Below are positions 43,390 through 57,088 of a stretch of DNA of 64,000 bases, in pieces (the first letter of the stretch is position 1; each line of letters begins with the position of its first letter). The translations under genes and the position numbers were made by a program. The stretch is from the human T2T-CHM13v2.0 reference genome, Homo sapiens. The stretch lies in assembly GCF_009914755.1 (NCBI RefSeq), contig NC_060925.1. One strand, 5' to 3'. The notes under the pieces are model-generated. The model was not told where the DNA came from and did no database searches. It saw only the letters and a program-made list of their open reading frames with translations.

Positions 43390-46300
43390 TCAGCTTTATT
43401 AAGGTATACTTGACAAATAAAATTGCGTATATTTATAATGTACAACATGATGGTTCAATATAAGTATACATTGTGAAATGACTAAAACAAATGAATATCC
43501 ACCTCACATAGTTACTTTTTCATGGCAAAAAATTTAAGATTGAATCTCTTAGCAATTTTCATGTAGTCATACCTCAGAGATACTGCAGGTCCAGTTCCAG
43601 ACCACCACAATACAACTAAAGTCACAGTAAAGCAAGTCACACATTTTTTGGTTTCCCAGTGCATTTAAGTTATGTTTACTCTATAGTCTATTCAGTGTGC
43701 AATAACATTATATCTTTTTAAAAGTACATATCTTAATTTGAAATTATTTTATTGCTAAAAAAATACTAATGATCATCTCAGCTTTCAGCATTTCCCAATT
43801 TTTTTGCTGGTGGAGGGTCTTGCATTGATGTTTGCCTGCTGATTGATCAAGGTGATGGTCGCTGAAGGTTGGGATGGCAGTGGCAATTTCTTAAAATAAG
43901 ACAACAAAGTGACACACTTGACTGACTCTTATTTTCATAAAAGATTTCTCTGTAGCATGTGATGTTTTTGGTAGCATTTTACCCACAGTAGAACTTCTTT
44001 TAAAATTGGAGTCAGTTCTCTCAAACCTTGTTACTGCTTTACCAACTAAGTTGATGTAATATTCTAAATTCTCAGGTGTCATTTCAATAATCTTCACAGC
44101 ATCTTCACCAGAAATAGATTCCATCTCAAGAAACTACTTTCTTTGCTCATCTGCAAGAAGCAACTCCTCACTCGTTATAGTTTTATCAGGAGATTGCAGC
44201 AATAGAGTCACATCTCCAGGCTCCACTTTTAATTCTAATTATCTTGTAATTTTTTACCACATCTGCAGTGACTTTCTCCACTGAAATTTTAAACCGCTCA
44301 AACGCATCTATGAGAGTTGGAAACAACTTCTTCCAAACTCCTGTTGATGTTGATATTCTGACCTCCTCCCATAAATCACAATGTTCTTACGGCATCTGGA
44401 ATGGTAACTCCTTTTCAGAAGGTTTTCAATTTACTTTGCCCAGATCCATCAGAGGAATCACTATCTGTGACACCTTTAGCCTTATAAAATATATTTCTTA
44501 AATAATAAGACCTGATCCATGCCTGCAGAATGGATGTTGTGTTATCAGGCATGAAAACAATGTTCATCTCCTTGTACATCGAGCTCTTGGGTGATCAGGT
44601 GCATTGTCAATTAGCACTAATATTTTAAAAGGAATCTTTTTCTGAGTGGTTCCCAATGGTGGGCTTAAAATAGTAAACAATGCTGCAAACAGATATGGTG
44701 TCATCTAGCCTTTCACATTCCATTTATAGAGTACAGGTAGAGTAGATTTAGCATAGTTTTTGAGGGCACTAAGAGTTTCTAAATGGTAAATGAATATTGG
44801 CTTCAATTTGAAGTCACCAGATGTATTAGCCCCTAGCGAGAGTCAGCCTGTCCTTTGAAGCTTTGAAGCCAGGCATTGCCTTCTCTCTAGCTAGGAAAGT
44901 TCTAGATGGCATCTTCTTCCAATAGAGCACTGTTAATTCTGCATTGAAAATCTGTTGTTTAGTCTAGCCACCTTCATCAATTATTTTAGCTAGATCTTCT
45001 GGATAACCTGGTGCAGCTTCTCCATTAGCACTTGCTGCTTCACCTTGTACTTTTATGTTATAGAAAGGGCTTCTTTCCTTTAAACCTCATGAACCAACCT
45101 CTGCTAGCTTCAGACTTCTGCAACTTCCTCACCACTCTTAGCCTTTATAGAATTGAAGAGTGTCAAGGCCTTGTTCTTAATTAGGCTTTGGCTTAAGGAA
45201 ATGCTATGACTGGTTTGATCTTTCCAGACCACACAACTTTCTCTATATCAACAATAAGGCTGTTTTGCCTTCTTATCATTAGTGTGTTCACTGGAGCAGC
45301 ACTTTTAGTTTCCTTCAGTAACTTTTTTCTTTTGCATTCTCAGCTTGGCTGTATGGTGCAAGAGGCCTAGCTTTTGGCCTGTCTCAGCTTTCAACATACC
45401 ATCCTTACTAAGCTTAATCATTTCTAGCTTTTGATTTGAAGTGAGAGATGTGCAATTCTTCCTTTCGTCTGAACACTAAGAGGCCATTGTAAGGCTATTG
45501 ATCGGCGTAATTTCAGTATTGCTGTGTCTTAGGGAATAGGAAGGCCCAAGGAGAGGGAGAGAAATGGGGGACTAGCTGGTGAGTGGAGCAGTCAGAGCAC
45601 ACACAACCCTTATCAATTAAGCTCACCATTTTATTTGGGTGCAGTTTGTGGTGCCCTAAAACAGTTAAAATAGTAACATCTGAACACAGATCGCCATAAC
45701 AGATATAATAATAATGAAAAAGGAAATATTGTGAAAATTATTAAAATGTGACTCAGAGACATGAAGTGAGCACATGCTGTAAGAAAAATGGCACCAACAG
45801 ATTTGCTTGACACAAGGTTGCCCCAACCCTCAATTTGTGAAAAGTGCAATATCTGCTGAGTGCAATAAAGCAACACACAATAAAATGAGGGGTGTGCCTG
45901 TATTAATGCATTATTATTAACTGCAGTTACCATTCTATACGATGAATCTCCAGGACTTATTCATCCTGTCTAAGTGAAATTTTGTACCCTTTAGCCAACA
46001 TCTCCTAAATCTTCCTTCCCTGAACCCTCCCATCCTTCAGCCCCTGACAACCAGCATTCTATTCTCTACTTCTGCGATTTTGATGTTTTTAGGTTCCACA
46101 TGTGTGACATTATGCAATATTTGTGTTTCTGTGTCTGCCTTATTTCACTTAATATAATGTCTTCCAGGTTCATTCACTCTATCACAAATGAAAGAATTTC
46201 CTTCTTTCTTAAGGTTGATAGTGTATTCCAGTGTGTAGAATACCATACGTCGATGCCATATCTTGTGAATAATGCTGTAATGAACATGGGAGTACAGATA

Positions 46301-46830
46301 TCTAGATATCTCTTAGACATACTGATTTCTTTCTTTTGATACATACTTAGAAGCTGGATCTTATGATAGTTCATTTTTAATTTTTTGAGGATCCTTCATA
46401 TCATTTTCCATAATGGCTGTACTAATGTATATTCTCACCAACAGTGTGCAAGGGTTCTGTTTTCTCCAGGTCTTAACCAGTGCTTGTTATCTTTTGTCTT
46501 TTTTATAATAGCCATTCTAACAGATGTGAGGTAGTAGCTCATTGTGATTTTAATTTTCATTACCCTCATGAGTAGTGATGTTGAGCATTTTTCATATACC
46601 CATTGACCGTTTTTATGTCTGCTTTTGAGAAATGCCTATTCAAGTCACCTGCCCATTTTTTAAATTGGGTATTTGTTTTCTTGCTATTGAGTTGTTTGAG
46701 TTCCTTATATATTTTCAATATGAACTCCTTATTAGATATGTGGTTTGCAAGTATTTTCTCTCATTCTGTAGGTTGTCTCTTCACTCTGTCGACTGTTTTC
46801 TTTTTGCACAAAAGCTTTTAGTTTGATGCA
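43390..46830 (-). mobile_element. L1MA 3' segment, split by Tigger1
   Basis: cagctttattaaggtatacttgacaaataaaattg terminus at ~43390; the L1 resumes at 45901 (attattaactgcagttaccat). Confidence 0.85.
43564..45900 (-). mobile_element. Tigger1 DNA transposon, near full length, transposase disrupted
   Basis: Terminal inverted repeats tagtcatacctc... and ...gaggggtgtgcctg followed by TA; ORF 43891-44124(-) GEDAVKIIEMTPENLEYYINLVGKAVTRFERTDSNFKRSS is a Tigger transposase C-terminal remnant. Confidence 0.92.
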
Positions 46831-46832
46831 AT

Positions 46833-48030
46833 GAACAAACCAATAAGGAATATGAAGACTCTTAATCAGTAATCAAAAAAACCCCAAACAAAATAAAACC
46901 TAGTAGTATTTCATGGCTTCACTGGTGAATTTCTATCATTTAACAAAGAATTAATGCCAGTCCTTCTCAAACTCTCCCAAAATAACTGAAGAAGGGGAAA
47001 TACTTCCAAGCTCATTTACCAGGGCAGCATTGCTCTGATACCAAAGCCAGACAAGGATACTGCAAAAGAAAATTATAGGCCAATATCCCTGATGAACATA
47101 GATGCAAAAATTCTCAACAAAATACTAGCAAATTAAATTCAACAGCACATTAAAGGATGATACACCACAATCGAGGATGGTTCAACATACACAAATCAAC
47201 ATATGTGATACACTATTAACAGAATGAAGGGTAAAAGTTATATATAATCATCTCAGTAGATGCAGAGAAAGCATTTGAGAAACTTTAACATTCTTTTATG
47301 ATGGAAACTTTTTAGTTATGGAAGTGCTGTACTTCAACATAATAAAGGCTACATAGGATAAGCCCTCAGCTAACATCTTAATAGCGGTGAAAAGATGAAA
47401 GCTTTTCCTGTAAGATCATGAACAAGGGAAAGGATGCCCACTGTTAAAACTTCTACTCAATATGATACTGGAAGTCCTATCCAGAGCATTTAGGCAATAA
47501 ATAAATAAATAAATAGCATCTAAATTGGAAAGGAAGAAGTAAAATCTTTTACATGTGCAAATGATATTATCTTGTATATTAAAGACCCTGAAGACTCTAC
47601 CAAAAAAACTGTTAAAACTAACAAATTCAATAAAGATGCAGCATAAAAAATTAAAATGCATAAATCAATAGTGTTTCTGCATACTAACAATGAACTATGG
47701 AAAAAAGAAATCAAGAAAGCACTTCTTTTTACAATATCACAAAAAATGCATAGGAATAACTTTAACCAAAGCAGTGAAAGATTTGTACACTGGAAACTGT
47801 AAGGCATTTATGAAAAAGTGAAGAAAACACAGTGAATGGAGATATCTAATGTTTATGGATCTGAAGAATAAATGTTGTTAAAATGCTTCTAGTATCCAAA
47901 GCGATCTACAGATTAAATGCCATCTCTTCCAAAGTTTCAATGACAGGTTTCGCAAAAATAGGAAAAACAATCCTAAAACTTGTATAGAAACACAAAAGAC
48001 CCTAATATCCTAAGCAATCTTGAACGAAAA
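46833..48030 (+). mobile_element. L1 ORF2 (reverse transcriptase region) fragment, opposite orientation to the adjacent L1
   Basis: ggccaatatccctgatgaacatagatgcaaaaattctcaacaaaatactagc; tagatgcagagaaagcatttga; ccaaagcgatctacagatt. Confidence 0.88.
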
Positions 48031-48428
48031 CTTTTTCCACTGTTAAAAATTGGTCAGTGAGTAATAGCAGATGATCTGAGAGACAAAGAACTTTGAAAAT
48101 AAGATGTCATTCAGAAAGAAGTAATAAGTTGAACAGGAAGAATGATATGTGTCTGAGAGATTGAATATTACTTTCATGTCCTGAAACCATGGTTGCTTTC
48201 AGCTTTGGTGTTTCATTATTGTTATTTAACAAGTATGGCTCACTTGAGAGACAAATAAGTTGTCATCTTTTAAATATTCAGTTTAATCACCGGCACACTT
48301 ATCTATTCAAATTAGCAAGAATTCCAAGGAGGTCTTTTCTTAGAGTCTTCGTTCAGCTGCTTCAAGTATTGCTATACTCCTAGGAGTTTACTCATTCCAA
48401 GGAGACTAATTTGCTCTCCAAAAGTTAG

Positions 48429-48735
<307 letters not shown>

Positions 48736-50519
48736 TATAAGCTAGTGATATCACTTTTAGCCACTGTTGATTTTACCACTGCTACATTGTTTCGTGATTT
48801 AAAAGTGGCCCCAACAAATTTTATGTACCTTGTCTTGTTGATGTGATGCCACTGATCCTTGCGGAGACCTCAGTGGTTCTTAATGACAGGATGATTCACT
48901 CTTCAGTATTATGTTCATTCAAAGGTTATGTCAAAGGATTTCATTTCCTTAATTTATACTCATATGCTTAGTCATCTTGGCTTCCTTGCCAAGTTGGATG
49001 TGTGAGAAGGTACTTTCAGCCCATCCCCACACTGTACCAAAATTAGCCTTTCTTTCTTGAAATCTAGTCCAGGGATAGAAAACCAGTGGTCTGTGAGCCA
49101 GATGCAACTTGCAGATATGTTTTGTTTAGTTCTCATGGTATTTTTAAAAATAGTTGAATTTTATATCATTATATAAAAATATAAAATACCGTGATTTTAA
49201 ATCAAGAGATTCATATAAATATCTGGACTTTCATATTCTTGAACCATTGGAGAAACTGATTTCAGTGACCTCTTATTCTCTCAGGAGAAAAAATGGGTTG
49301 CACTGAATAATTGTCCTCTTTAATCAGATATACACTATCTGATTTGCTCCAGCATTCACTATTTCTGTTGCTTTACCTGCCTGGCCTCTGTAGTCACTTG
49401 GATTTAGCCTACAATGTCTCTACTTTTCAGCCTGAATCACCAACCCAGATTATCATTTCCCCTTTGATAAAGCCTCCTTAAGCATATATTCCTACTTGTA
49501 AGCCACAGACCTATCACTAAAATCTATGAAAGAGATTTTTGTAATTCTGAACCTTGAGGAGGATGGAGTCTAGGAGTTGATCCCTTTCAGAATTCCTGTT
49601 TCATTTTTTTATGCAGATCTATTTACCTTCTTTACTTTAATTATCTCTGTTTACCACAGAGTATTGAGAAGGCATGGCCCTTATGAAGCCTCAAAAGATT
49701 TTGTTAGATCATTCCCCTGAGGTAATGGATGCCTACCAGCCTTACATTTGCATAATTAAATTGTCCACTGAAATGATTCTTCCCACAGCAAAGATCTATT
49801 TCAAGCCAACTGTTTCCTCCTCGGTAGAGAAGCATTTGACAACTTTTTTTTTAATTGAGGTATGTTTTCATAACCATATAAATCACTCATTATAAGTGTA
49901 TAATTCAGTATTAATTAGTAAATTTAAGGATTTGCGCAACCATCAGCACAAATCAGTTTTAGAACATTTAATCACCCACAAAGTTCATTTGTTACCCATA
50001 TCCAGTCAATCCCCACTCTCACCTCAATCTCAGATAAACACTGATCTGCTTTCTGTCTCTATAGATTTTCATTTCTGGATGTTTTATATAAATTGAATTA
50101 TATAATATGTTATCTTTTACTTTTGGCTTCTTTCACTAGAATAATATTTTTTAGGTTCATCCATGTTATAGAATATATTAATAATTGGTTCCGATTTATT
50201 GTTGAATTATACTATGTTGTATGGATATAATACATTTTGTTTATCCATTCTGCAGTTGATGCACATGAGAATTGGTTTGTTTTTGGCCATTTGGATAATG
50301 TTGCTATAAATATTTGAAAAGAAGTCTGTGTGGACGTATGTTTTTATTTCTCTTGGGTAGATATCTAGAAGTAGAATTTCTAGGTCATATGGTAAATTTA
50401 TGTTTTAAAGAAATTGCCAAATTGTTTCCCAAAGTGGTGGTACCATTTTATGTTTTCACCAGTAAGGTAAGAGGGTTCCAGTTTTTTCACATGCTCATCA
50501 ATGCTTGGTATCATCAGTC

Positions 50520-50790
50520 TTTCTTTCTTTTTTTTTTTTCCCCTCCTGAAACAAAGTCTCACTCTGTCACCCAGGCTGGAGTGCAGTGGCGCAAGTGATT
50601 CTCCTGTCTCAGTCTTGAGTAGCTGGCATTACAGGCATGCGCCATCACTCCCGGCTAATCTTTGTGTTTTTAGTAGACATGGGGTTTTACTATGTTGGCC
50701 AGGCTGGGCTTGAGCTCCTGACCTCAAGTGATCCGCCCGCCTCAGCCTCCCAAGTGCTGAGATTACAGGCATGAGCCACTGCACCCGTCT
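50520..50790 (-). mobile_element. Alu (AluS) with an internal deletion in the right monomer
   Basis: gagtgcagtggcgc joined directly to aagtgattctcctg; flanked by atcagtc repeats. Confidence 0.92.
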
Positions 50791-52999
50791 TATCAGTCAT
50801 TTTGATTATGGCCATTATGTGAGTGTGAATCCGTTGTTCACAGTTGTTTCACTTTGTATTTTCCTAATAACTTTATGATGTTGAGCATATTTTCAAGTTT
50901 TTATAACCCATTTGTGTATGTACTTTGGAGAAATGTATTTTCAAATCTTTTGCCCACTTTCAAAATTGAGTCGTTTTTCTTCTTATTATCAATTCTCAAT
51001 AATTCTTTGTATATTCTGAACTAAGTTCTTTTCCAAAAATATAAATATCAAATATTTCCTTCTAGTCTGTCTTATGTTGTCATTTTTAAAAATGATGTAT
51101 TTGAAGAGCAAAATTTGTAATTTTAGTGAAGTCCAATTTATCGTTTTTTCCTTTTTGGATTGTACTTTTGGTACCAGATCTTAAGAAATTTGTATCTAAC
51201 GCAAGGTAATGAAGATTTTCAATCTGTACTTCCTTCTAAAAGTCTATTTTTTGAGTTAATTTTTATATATGTTGTGAAGTATGAATTGAAGTTCTTTTTT
51301 CAACATGTAGATCCATTTTTTACTGCACTACTTGTTAAAAAGAATTTCCTTTCTCTATTTAATTATCTTGGCATCTTTCTCAAAAATCAGTTGACCATAA
51401 ATGAAAGGGTTCACTTCTGAATTCTCAATTCTGTCCCAGTGAACTACATGTCTGTCCTCATTCCTATACTACACTGTCTTGATTACTAAAACTTTAAGGT
51501 AAGTTTTGAAATCACATAGTGTAAGTCCTCCAACTTTGTTCTTCTTTTATCAAAATTGTTTTGTCTATTTTGGGGTCCTTTGCATTTTCATATAAATTTC
51601 TGGATCAATTTGTCAGTTTCTAAAGAAAAGCTTTATTAGATTTTCATAGAGATTATATATTGAGTTCATAGATTAACTTGTAGAGAATTGTTATTTTAAC
51701 AATTTTGAGTCTTGGAATCCATGAACATGAAATGTCTCTCCATTTATTTACATATTCTTTAATTTCTTTAGCGTTCCAGTCTTGTAAAAATGATTTCTAA
51801 GTGTTTTATTTCTGTTGATATTATTGTGAATGGATAAGTCTTAATTTCACATTTGGATTGTTTGTTGCTAGTATATACAAATGTTATTGATTTTTATATT
51901 GATCTTATATCATCCTATGATGTTGCTAAACTCATTTTTTAGTTCTAGTAGTTTCTTTATAGATTCCTTATAATTTTCTACATATAGAATAATTTCATCT
52001 GCAAATAAAGACAGTTTTATTTCTTCTTTATCCTTTAATATCTATTTTCTTGCCTCATTGCACTGGCTAGATTTCCCAGTACAAAGATGCATAGAAGTGG
52101 TGAATGCCTTATGCCCTATCTTAAGGGGAAAGCGTTCCATCTTTCATCATTAAATATGACATAAGTATAGAGTTTCCCCTGCCCCACATGTCCTTTATCA
52201 GTTTGAGGAAGTTCCTTTCTAGTCCTCGTTGTTGAGAGGTTTTCTCATGGCTGTTGGATTTTGTGGAGTGCTTCTTCTGCATATATTGAGATGATTATTT
52301 GGTTTTATACTTTATTAATATAACATAGTTCGTTAATTGATTTTCAATGTTGAACCAACCTTACCTTTCATGGAATAAATCCCACATGGTCATTGTGTAT
52401 GATCCTCTGTATATACTGCTAGATTAAGTTTGCTGGCATTTTGATAAAAGGTTTTTGCATCAATGTTTGCAATGGATATTGGTCTGTGGTTTTCGTTTGA
52501 TCTTTGCCTAACTTTGGTATTAGGCCTCTTAGAATGAGTTGGGAAGTGTTCCTGCCACTTCTGAATTCTGAAAGAGTTTGTGTAGGGTTGGTATTATCTT
52601 TGAATGTTTCATATAATTAACCAGTGAAGCCATCTCGACTTGAGCTTTTCTTTGTGGGAAAAATTTTAATTACTAATTCAATATTTGTGTTACAGGTTTA
52701 TTTACATTTTCTATTTCTTTTTTAGTTAGTGTTGGTAATTTGTGCCTAAGAGTTTTTCCATTTCATCTGTTGTCTTATATGATTGGGATAAGGTTGTTTA
52801 TAGTATTCCTTTATAATCCTTTTAATTTATCTAGCATCAGTGGTGATATCATAGTTTCATTACTGATTTCTATAATTAATATCTTCTGTTTTCTTTTTGT
52901 TCATTTTGTTTTGATATTTGGTCAGTCTAGTGAAAGTTTTATCATAAGACTTTTGGTTTAATTCATTTTTCTCTACTGCTTTTCTATATATTTTACTGA

Positions 53000-53045
53000 A
53001 TATATTATATATAATATAATACTATAATATATAATAATATATACA
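53000..53045. repeat. AT-rich low-complexity repeat
   Basis: atatattatatataatataatactataatatataataatatata. Confidence 0.8.
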
Positions 53046-56000
53046 AAGCTTAAGTTACTGATTTGGAACTTTTCTATTTTACTCTAAATGGTTAAAGCTA
53101 TGAATTTTTTTTCTAAACCTGCTTTATCTACCTCCAATAAATGTAGATATGCTGTAGTTTATTTTCATTTACCTCAAAATATTTTCTAATTTCCCTTGGA
53201 ATTTGTTTGTGATTTAATATCTAAATATTTAGAGATTTCTAAAATTTCTTTCTGTTTTTATTTATAACTTAATTCTGCTGTGATTATAGAATATATTTTG
53301 AAAGCTTTGGCAAACCCTTCAAATTAATTGAGACATTATATTTTCTAGCATTTGCTTAATATGTAGAATATCCATGTGTGCTTGATAAGAATGTGTATTC
53401 TGCTGATGTTAAATTCTGTATTTTATAAATGTCAAGATTTTTTTGATGGTGTTATTTAAGTTGTTTGTCTCTTTTCCAATTTCCTGTCTAGTTTTTCCAT
53501 CAATTATTGAGAGAGAAGTATGGAAATTTCCAACTATTAGTATTAAATATTTTTCTCCTTTCAATTCTGTCCGTTTTTATTTTAGTACTGTGGGGGCTCT
53601 TCTGTTCAATGCATATGCATTTCTAATTGTCACATTTTTCAGATGTATTGGCCTTTTATAATTATGAATGTCCCTTTTGTCTCATAATTTTTCTAGACTT
53701 AAAGTCTATTTTGTCTAATATTGATATAGGCATTCCAGCTGTCTTATGGTTACTGTTTGCATGATGAATCTTGTTTTCCTGTTTTTACTTTAGCCTATTT
53801 ATATCTATGAATCTAAAATGTGTCTCTTATAGATGTTATATAGTTTGATCTTGATTTTTATCCAATCTGATAATTTCTGCCTTTTGATTTGTGTTTCTTC
53901 CATTCATAGTTAATGTCACTATTGATATGGTTGGATTTGTAGCTTCCATTTTACTGTTTTCTGTCTCATAGTTTTTGTTGTTCCTCTTTTCCCTTTCTAC
54001 CACCTTCTTTTCTATTACGTATGTTTTAATTATTTGGTTTTGATTTTTAAAAATAAAATTTAAAAGGCATTTTCTTAATATTTCTTTAGAGATTATAATA
54101 CACAAGATTATAATTTATCTTATCATAGTTTACTTCAGGATAGTACTGACTTAATTCTAGTGGAATAGAACTGCTTTGATCCAATATAGCTTCATTTCTT
54201 TTCCAAATTTGTGTTTTTTCACATATATTTATATATTTTATAAACCCAGCAACATAATGTTGTAATTATTGCCTCATACAACTTTAAGTCTCTTAAAGAA
54301 ATTAAGAGAGAACAGAAAAAATGTGTATTTATATAGCCTTTTATTTATATATTTACCATTTTTAGTGCTCTTCATTTCTTTCTGTCAATTTGAGCTGTTG
54401 TCTAGTATTATTTCCTCTCAGCTTTAAGGACTTAGGTATTTCTGCTTACAACAAATATCCTCCGTTGTTTCTCTGGGAATCTTTCATTTCACCTTTATTT
54501 TTGGAGGATAATTTTCCTGGATAGAGAAATGTTGGTGGATGGGTTTGCTTTCTTGTTTCTTTTAGCACTTCATTTCTCTGCCTTCTGGCCCTACTTATTT
54601 CTAATGAGAAGTCATTAATCATATTTTTCCCCTGGACGTGATTCATCATTTTTCTCTTGCTGCTTTCATGACTTTTCTCCTTACCTTTCAACAATTTGAC
54701 TATGATATGTCTCAGTGTGGATCTTTTGGGTTTTATTCTAGTTGGCATTGGCTGAGCTTCTTGGATCCATAGGTTACTGTTTTCCATCAAATTGGGACAT
54801 TTTCAGCCATTATTCCTTCAAATGTTTTTTCATCACCCTTTGTCTCTCTCCTTTTTTTCTAATTCCCATGAGATATATGTTGGTTCCCTTGATATCCCAT
54901 AAGTTTCTCAGGCTCTGTCCACTTTTCTCCTGTCTTTTTCTGTGTTCTTCCGACTGGATGATTTCCATTGATCTATCTTCCAGTTCACTGATTTGATCTT
55001 TTGCTCTTTTAAATCTGCTGTTGGGCTTACTATACTGAGTTTTAAAATTTTGGTTATTATACTTTTCAAATCTGCACTTTTTATTTTTAAATAGTTTTTC
55101 TTTCTATATTGAAAGTTTCTATATGTTGTTCATTACTGTCGTGTTTTCCTTTAGGTATTTAACACAATTTTCTTTTAATTATTTTCATATATGTATAATA
55201 GCTATTTTAAAGTCTTTAAAGCCTTTGTCTGCTAAATTCTACACCTGGGCCCATTCAGGGACATTTTTTATTGACTGCTTTTTTTCCTCATTGTGGATCA
55301 CACAAGTTTTTGTCAAAAATGTGTTTTTTAAAATAACATGTGGTAGTAGCTCTGGGTTTTGATTATTTTTTCCCTGAGGGTTGGTTTTGTTTATTTTTTT
55401 ATTAAAAACTTCCTTTGTCTTAATCTATGGAATCTGTATCCCTCATGATATGTGACTACTGATTTCTCTGCTTAGTTTTTTCTTCTTATTCTAATTTTTA
55501 TTTTTTAACCTGGTTTCCTAGGGATTGCCCTGTGTCTCTGTAGCTTAATTGTTATTTAATGATTGATCAGAGGTTGTACTCAAACACTGGGACCAGCCAG
55601 TGCTGATGGAACTGTGTGCAAATTGAGGAGCACATGCAGTATTTAGGCAGTTCGGAAGTCTGTACCAGCTTTAACTTTCCACTGGGCCCTCTTTCGTGTC
55701 CTTTGTGCTTGTCATTACCTCCTAGTCAGATTGCATAGCAAGGTGGGCAGACTGGGTGGCCTGGTGAACTTACGTAGCCTCTGTCTGTCTCATCTTCATT
55801 TACCCCATGCTATGTTTCTTGCTATACCACCAATGTGTTGCTTAGCCCTACCAAGGCCATAGCCTTAGACTGTTAATTTCTTTCAGCTTGCTTTTTTCGT
55901 TGACAATATCACTAATGAGTTTTTTGGCCTCCACTTCAAATCAAATCAGCCCCCTCTCATGTCAGCCCCTTCCAGAAGTGAAGCTGCTAGTTTTCATGAC

Positions 56001-56689
56001 CAGCCCTACCCTGGTAGAAGTACTCTCCTGACTGAGCTATAAAGGAGTGGGAGCAGCCCCAGGCAAGAACATCTCTGACTCCCACTGTTTTTAGGCAGAG
56101 TTCAGTGGTTCGTCACAAATAAATGTTTCTTAATTTGTTGTTTATGACTGCTCGATTTCCAGAGCCATGAAATCATTGTTTTTGATAATTCTGTTCAGCT
56201 TCATAGTTGTTTCTTAGGAAGATTTCCTGACTTACTTCCACATCACCAAAAGTCCTGCCTCACATGGCAACTGTTAAAATGGCAAGTTCACGTGCTGAAG
56301 TTCTACTTAACAAGGAACCATTCTATAGATTCTTTGTACCATTTTGGTACAAATTTTGGATCTCTGGTAATCAAAACAATCTGTTCACCATGCTACCCAG
56401 TCAGCCCACCTTGCTATACAATCTGTCATCTTAGTCCTGTTTCATGTGAGGAATTTTACATTTCTGCAATAATTGCCAGTAACTTTTTTGTGTATTATTT
56501 TCTTTTGAATACCACATGGATGGCATCTGACACTGTTTGTAATGCTGAATTTAATGGAAGTTTACAAATAAGTTATTCTATGATTCTCCTTTAAAAATGC
56601 AGATATACATATATGTATATAATATTATTCTCTTCCATAACACAGAATGTTTAAATGGTTAACATTTGTGCTGCAGTATAGCTTTCTGG

Positions 56690-56866
56690 CTCATGAAAAA
56701 TGAAAGCTATCAGCGATCTCGGCAATAAGATTCATCGCCAATAGTCACTAGCAACAGCACACAGCATTTTAATATCAGTGAGGTCCACAGCTAGCAGTAA
56801 GAGCTGGTGTAATTGAAAGACGTTTAGGTGCAATCATTCTGCTGTTTGCTCCTTGCCAGGTTCAAC
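56690..56866 (+). promoter_or_regulatory. PRKACB: Putative Cbeta3 promoter / 5'UTR
   Basis: CCAAT 56738-56742 next to RFX-like GTCACTAGCAAC 56744-56755; several retained CpGs; no ATG between 56730 and the start codon. Confidence 0.6.
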
Positions 56867-56876
56867 ATGGGATTGT
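56867..56876 (+). CDS. PRKACB: PKA Cbeta3-specific first coding exon (Met-Gly-Leu + 1 nt)
   Basis: caacATGGGATTGT|gtgagt: strong Kozak context, consensus donor, phase 1; matches the known Cbeta3 N-terminus MGL and its position between the Cbeta2 and Cbeta4 exons. Confidence 0.88.
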
Positions 56877-57074
56877 GTGAGTATTTGAAGAAAACAGCAA
56901 TTTTTTCATATCTTTGAAAGATGTAAAAAGCGTAGATTAGTGCTTAAATTTAAGAAATCTGGTAATTTATAATCATGTGGCTCTAAAATAAAAAGGTATT
57001 TTATTTGTCTGGTGGATTAAAGCTTTAGAAAAGCTACGCCTTGGATACAAGTGAACCGATAATTCTGGTCTAAT

Positions 57075-57088
57075 GTTGCCGTGGTAAC
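57075..57088. promoter_or_regulatory. RFX X-box
   Basis: GTTGCCGTGGTAAC, 12/14 identical to the palindrome GTTGCCATGGCAAC. Confidence 0.7.

Larger units (their letters stand above)
49845..56250 (-). mobile_element. Long ancient L1M (L1MB/MC age), 3'UTR through ORF2, ORF1 and 5' region
   Basis: Continuous antisense L1 motifs; ORF 54446-54790(-) IQEAQPMPTRIKPKRSTLRHIIVKLLK is ORF1p-like; ORF 53836-54105(-) includes TISIVTLTMNGRN, like the ORF2p N-terminus. Confidence 0.85.

Noticed and set aside
43564-45900. Domesticated or intact Tigger transposase gene
   Set aside because: Only short broken ORF remnants remain; frameshifts and stops throughout
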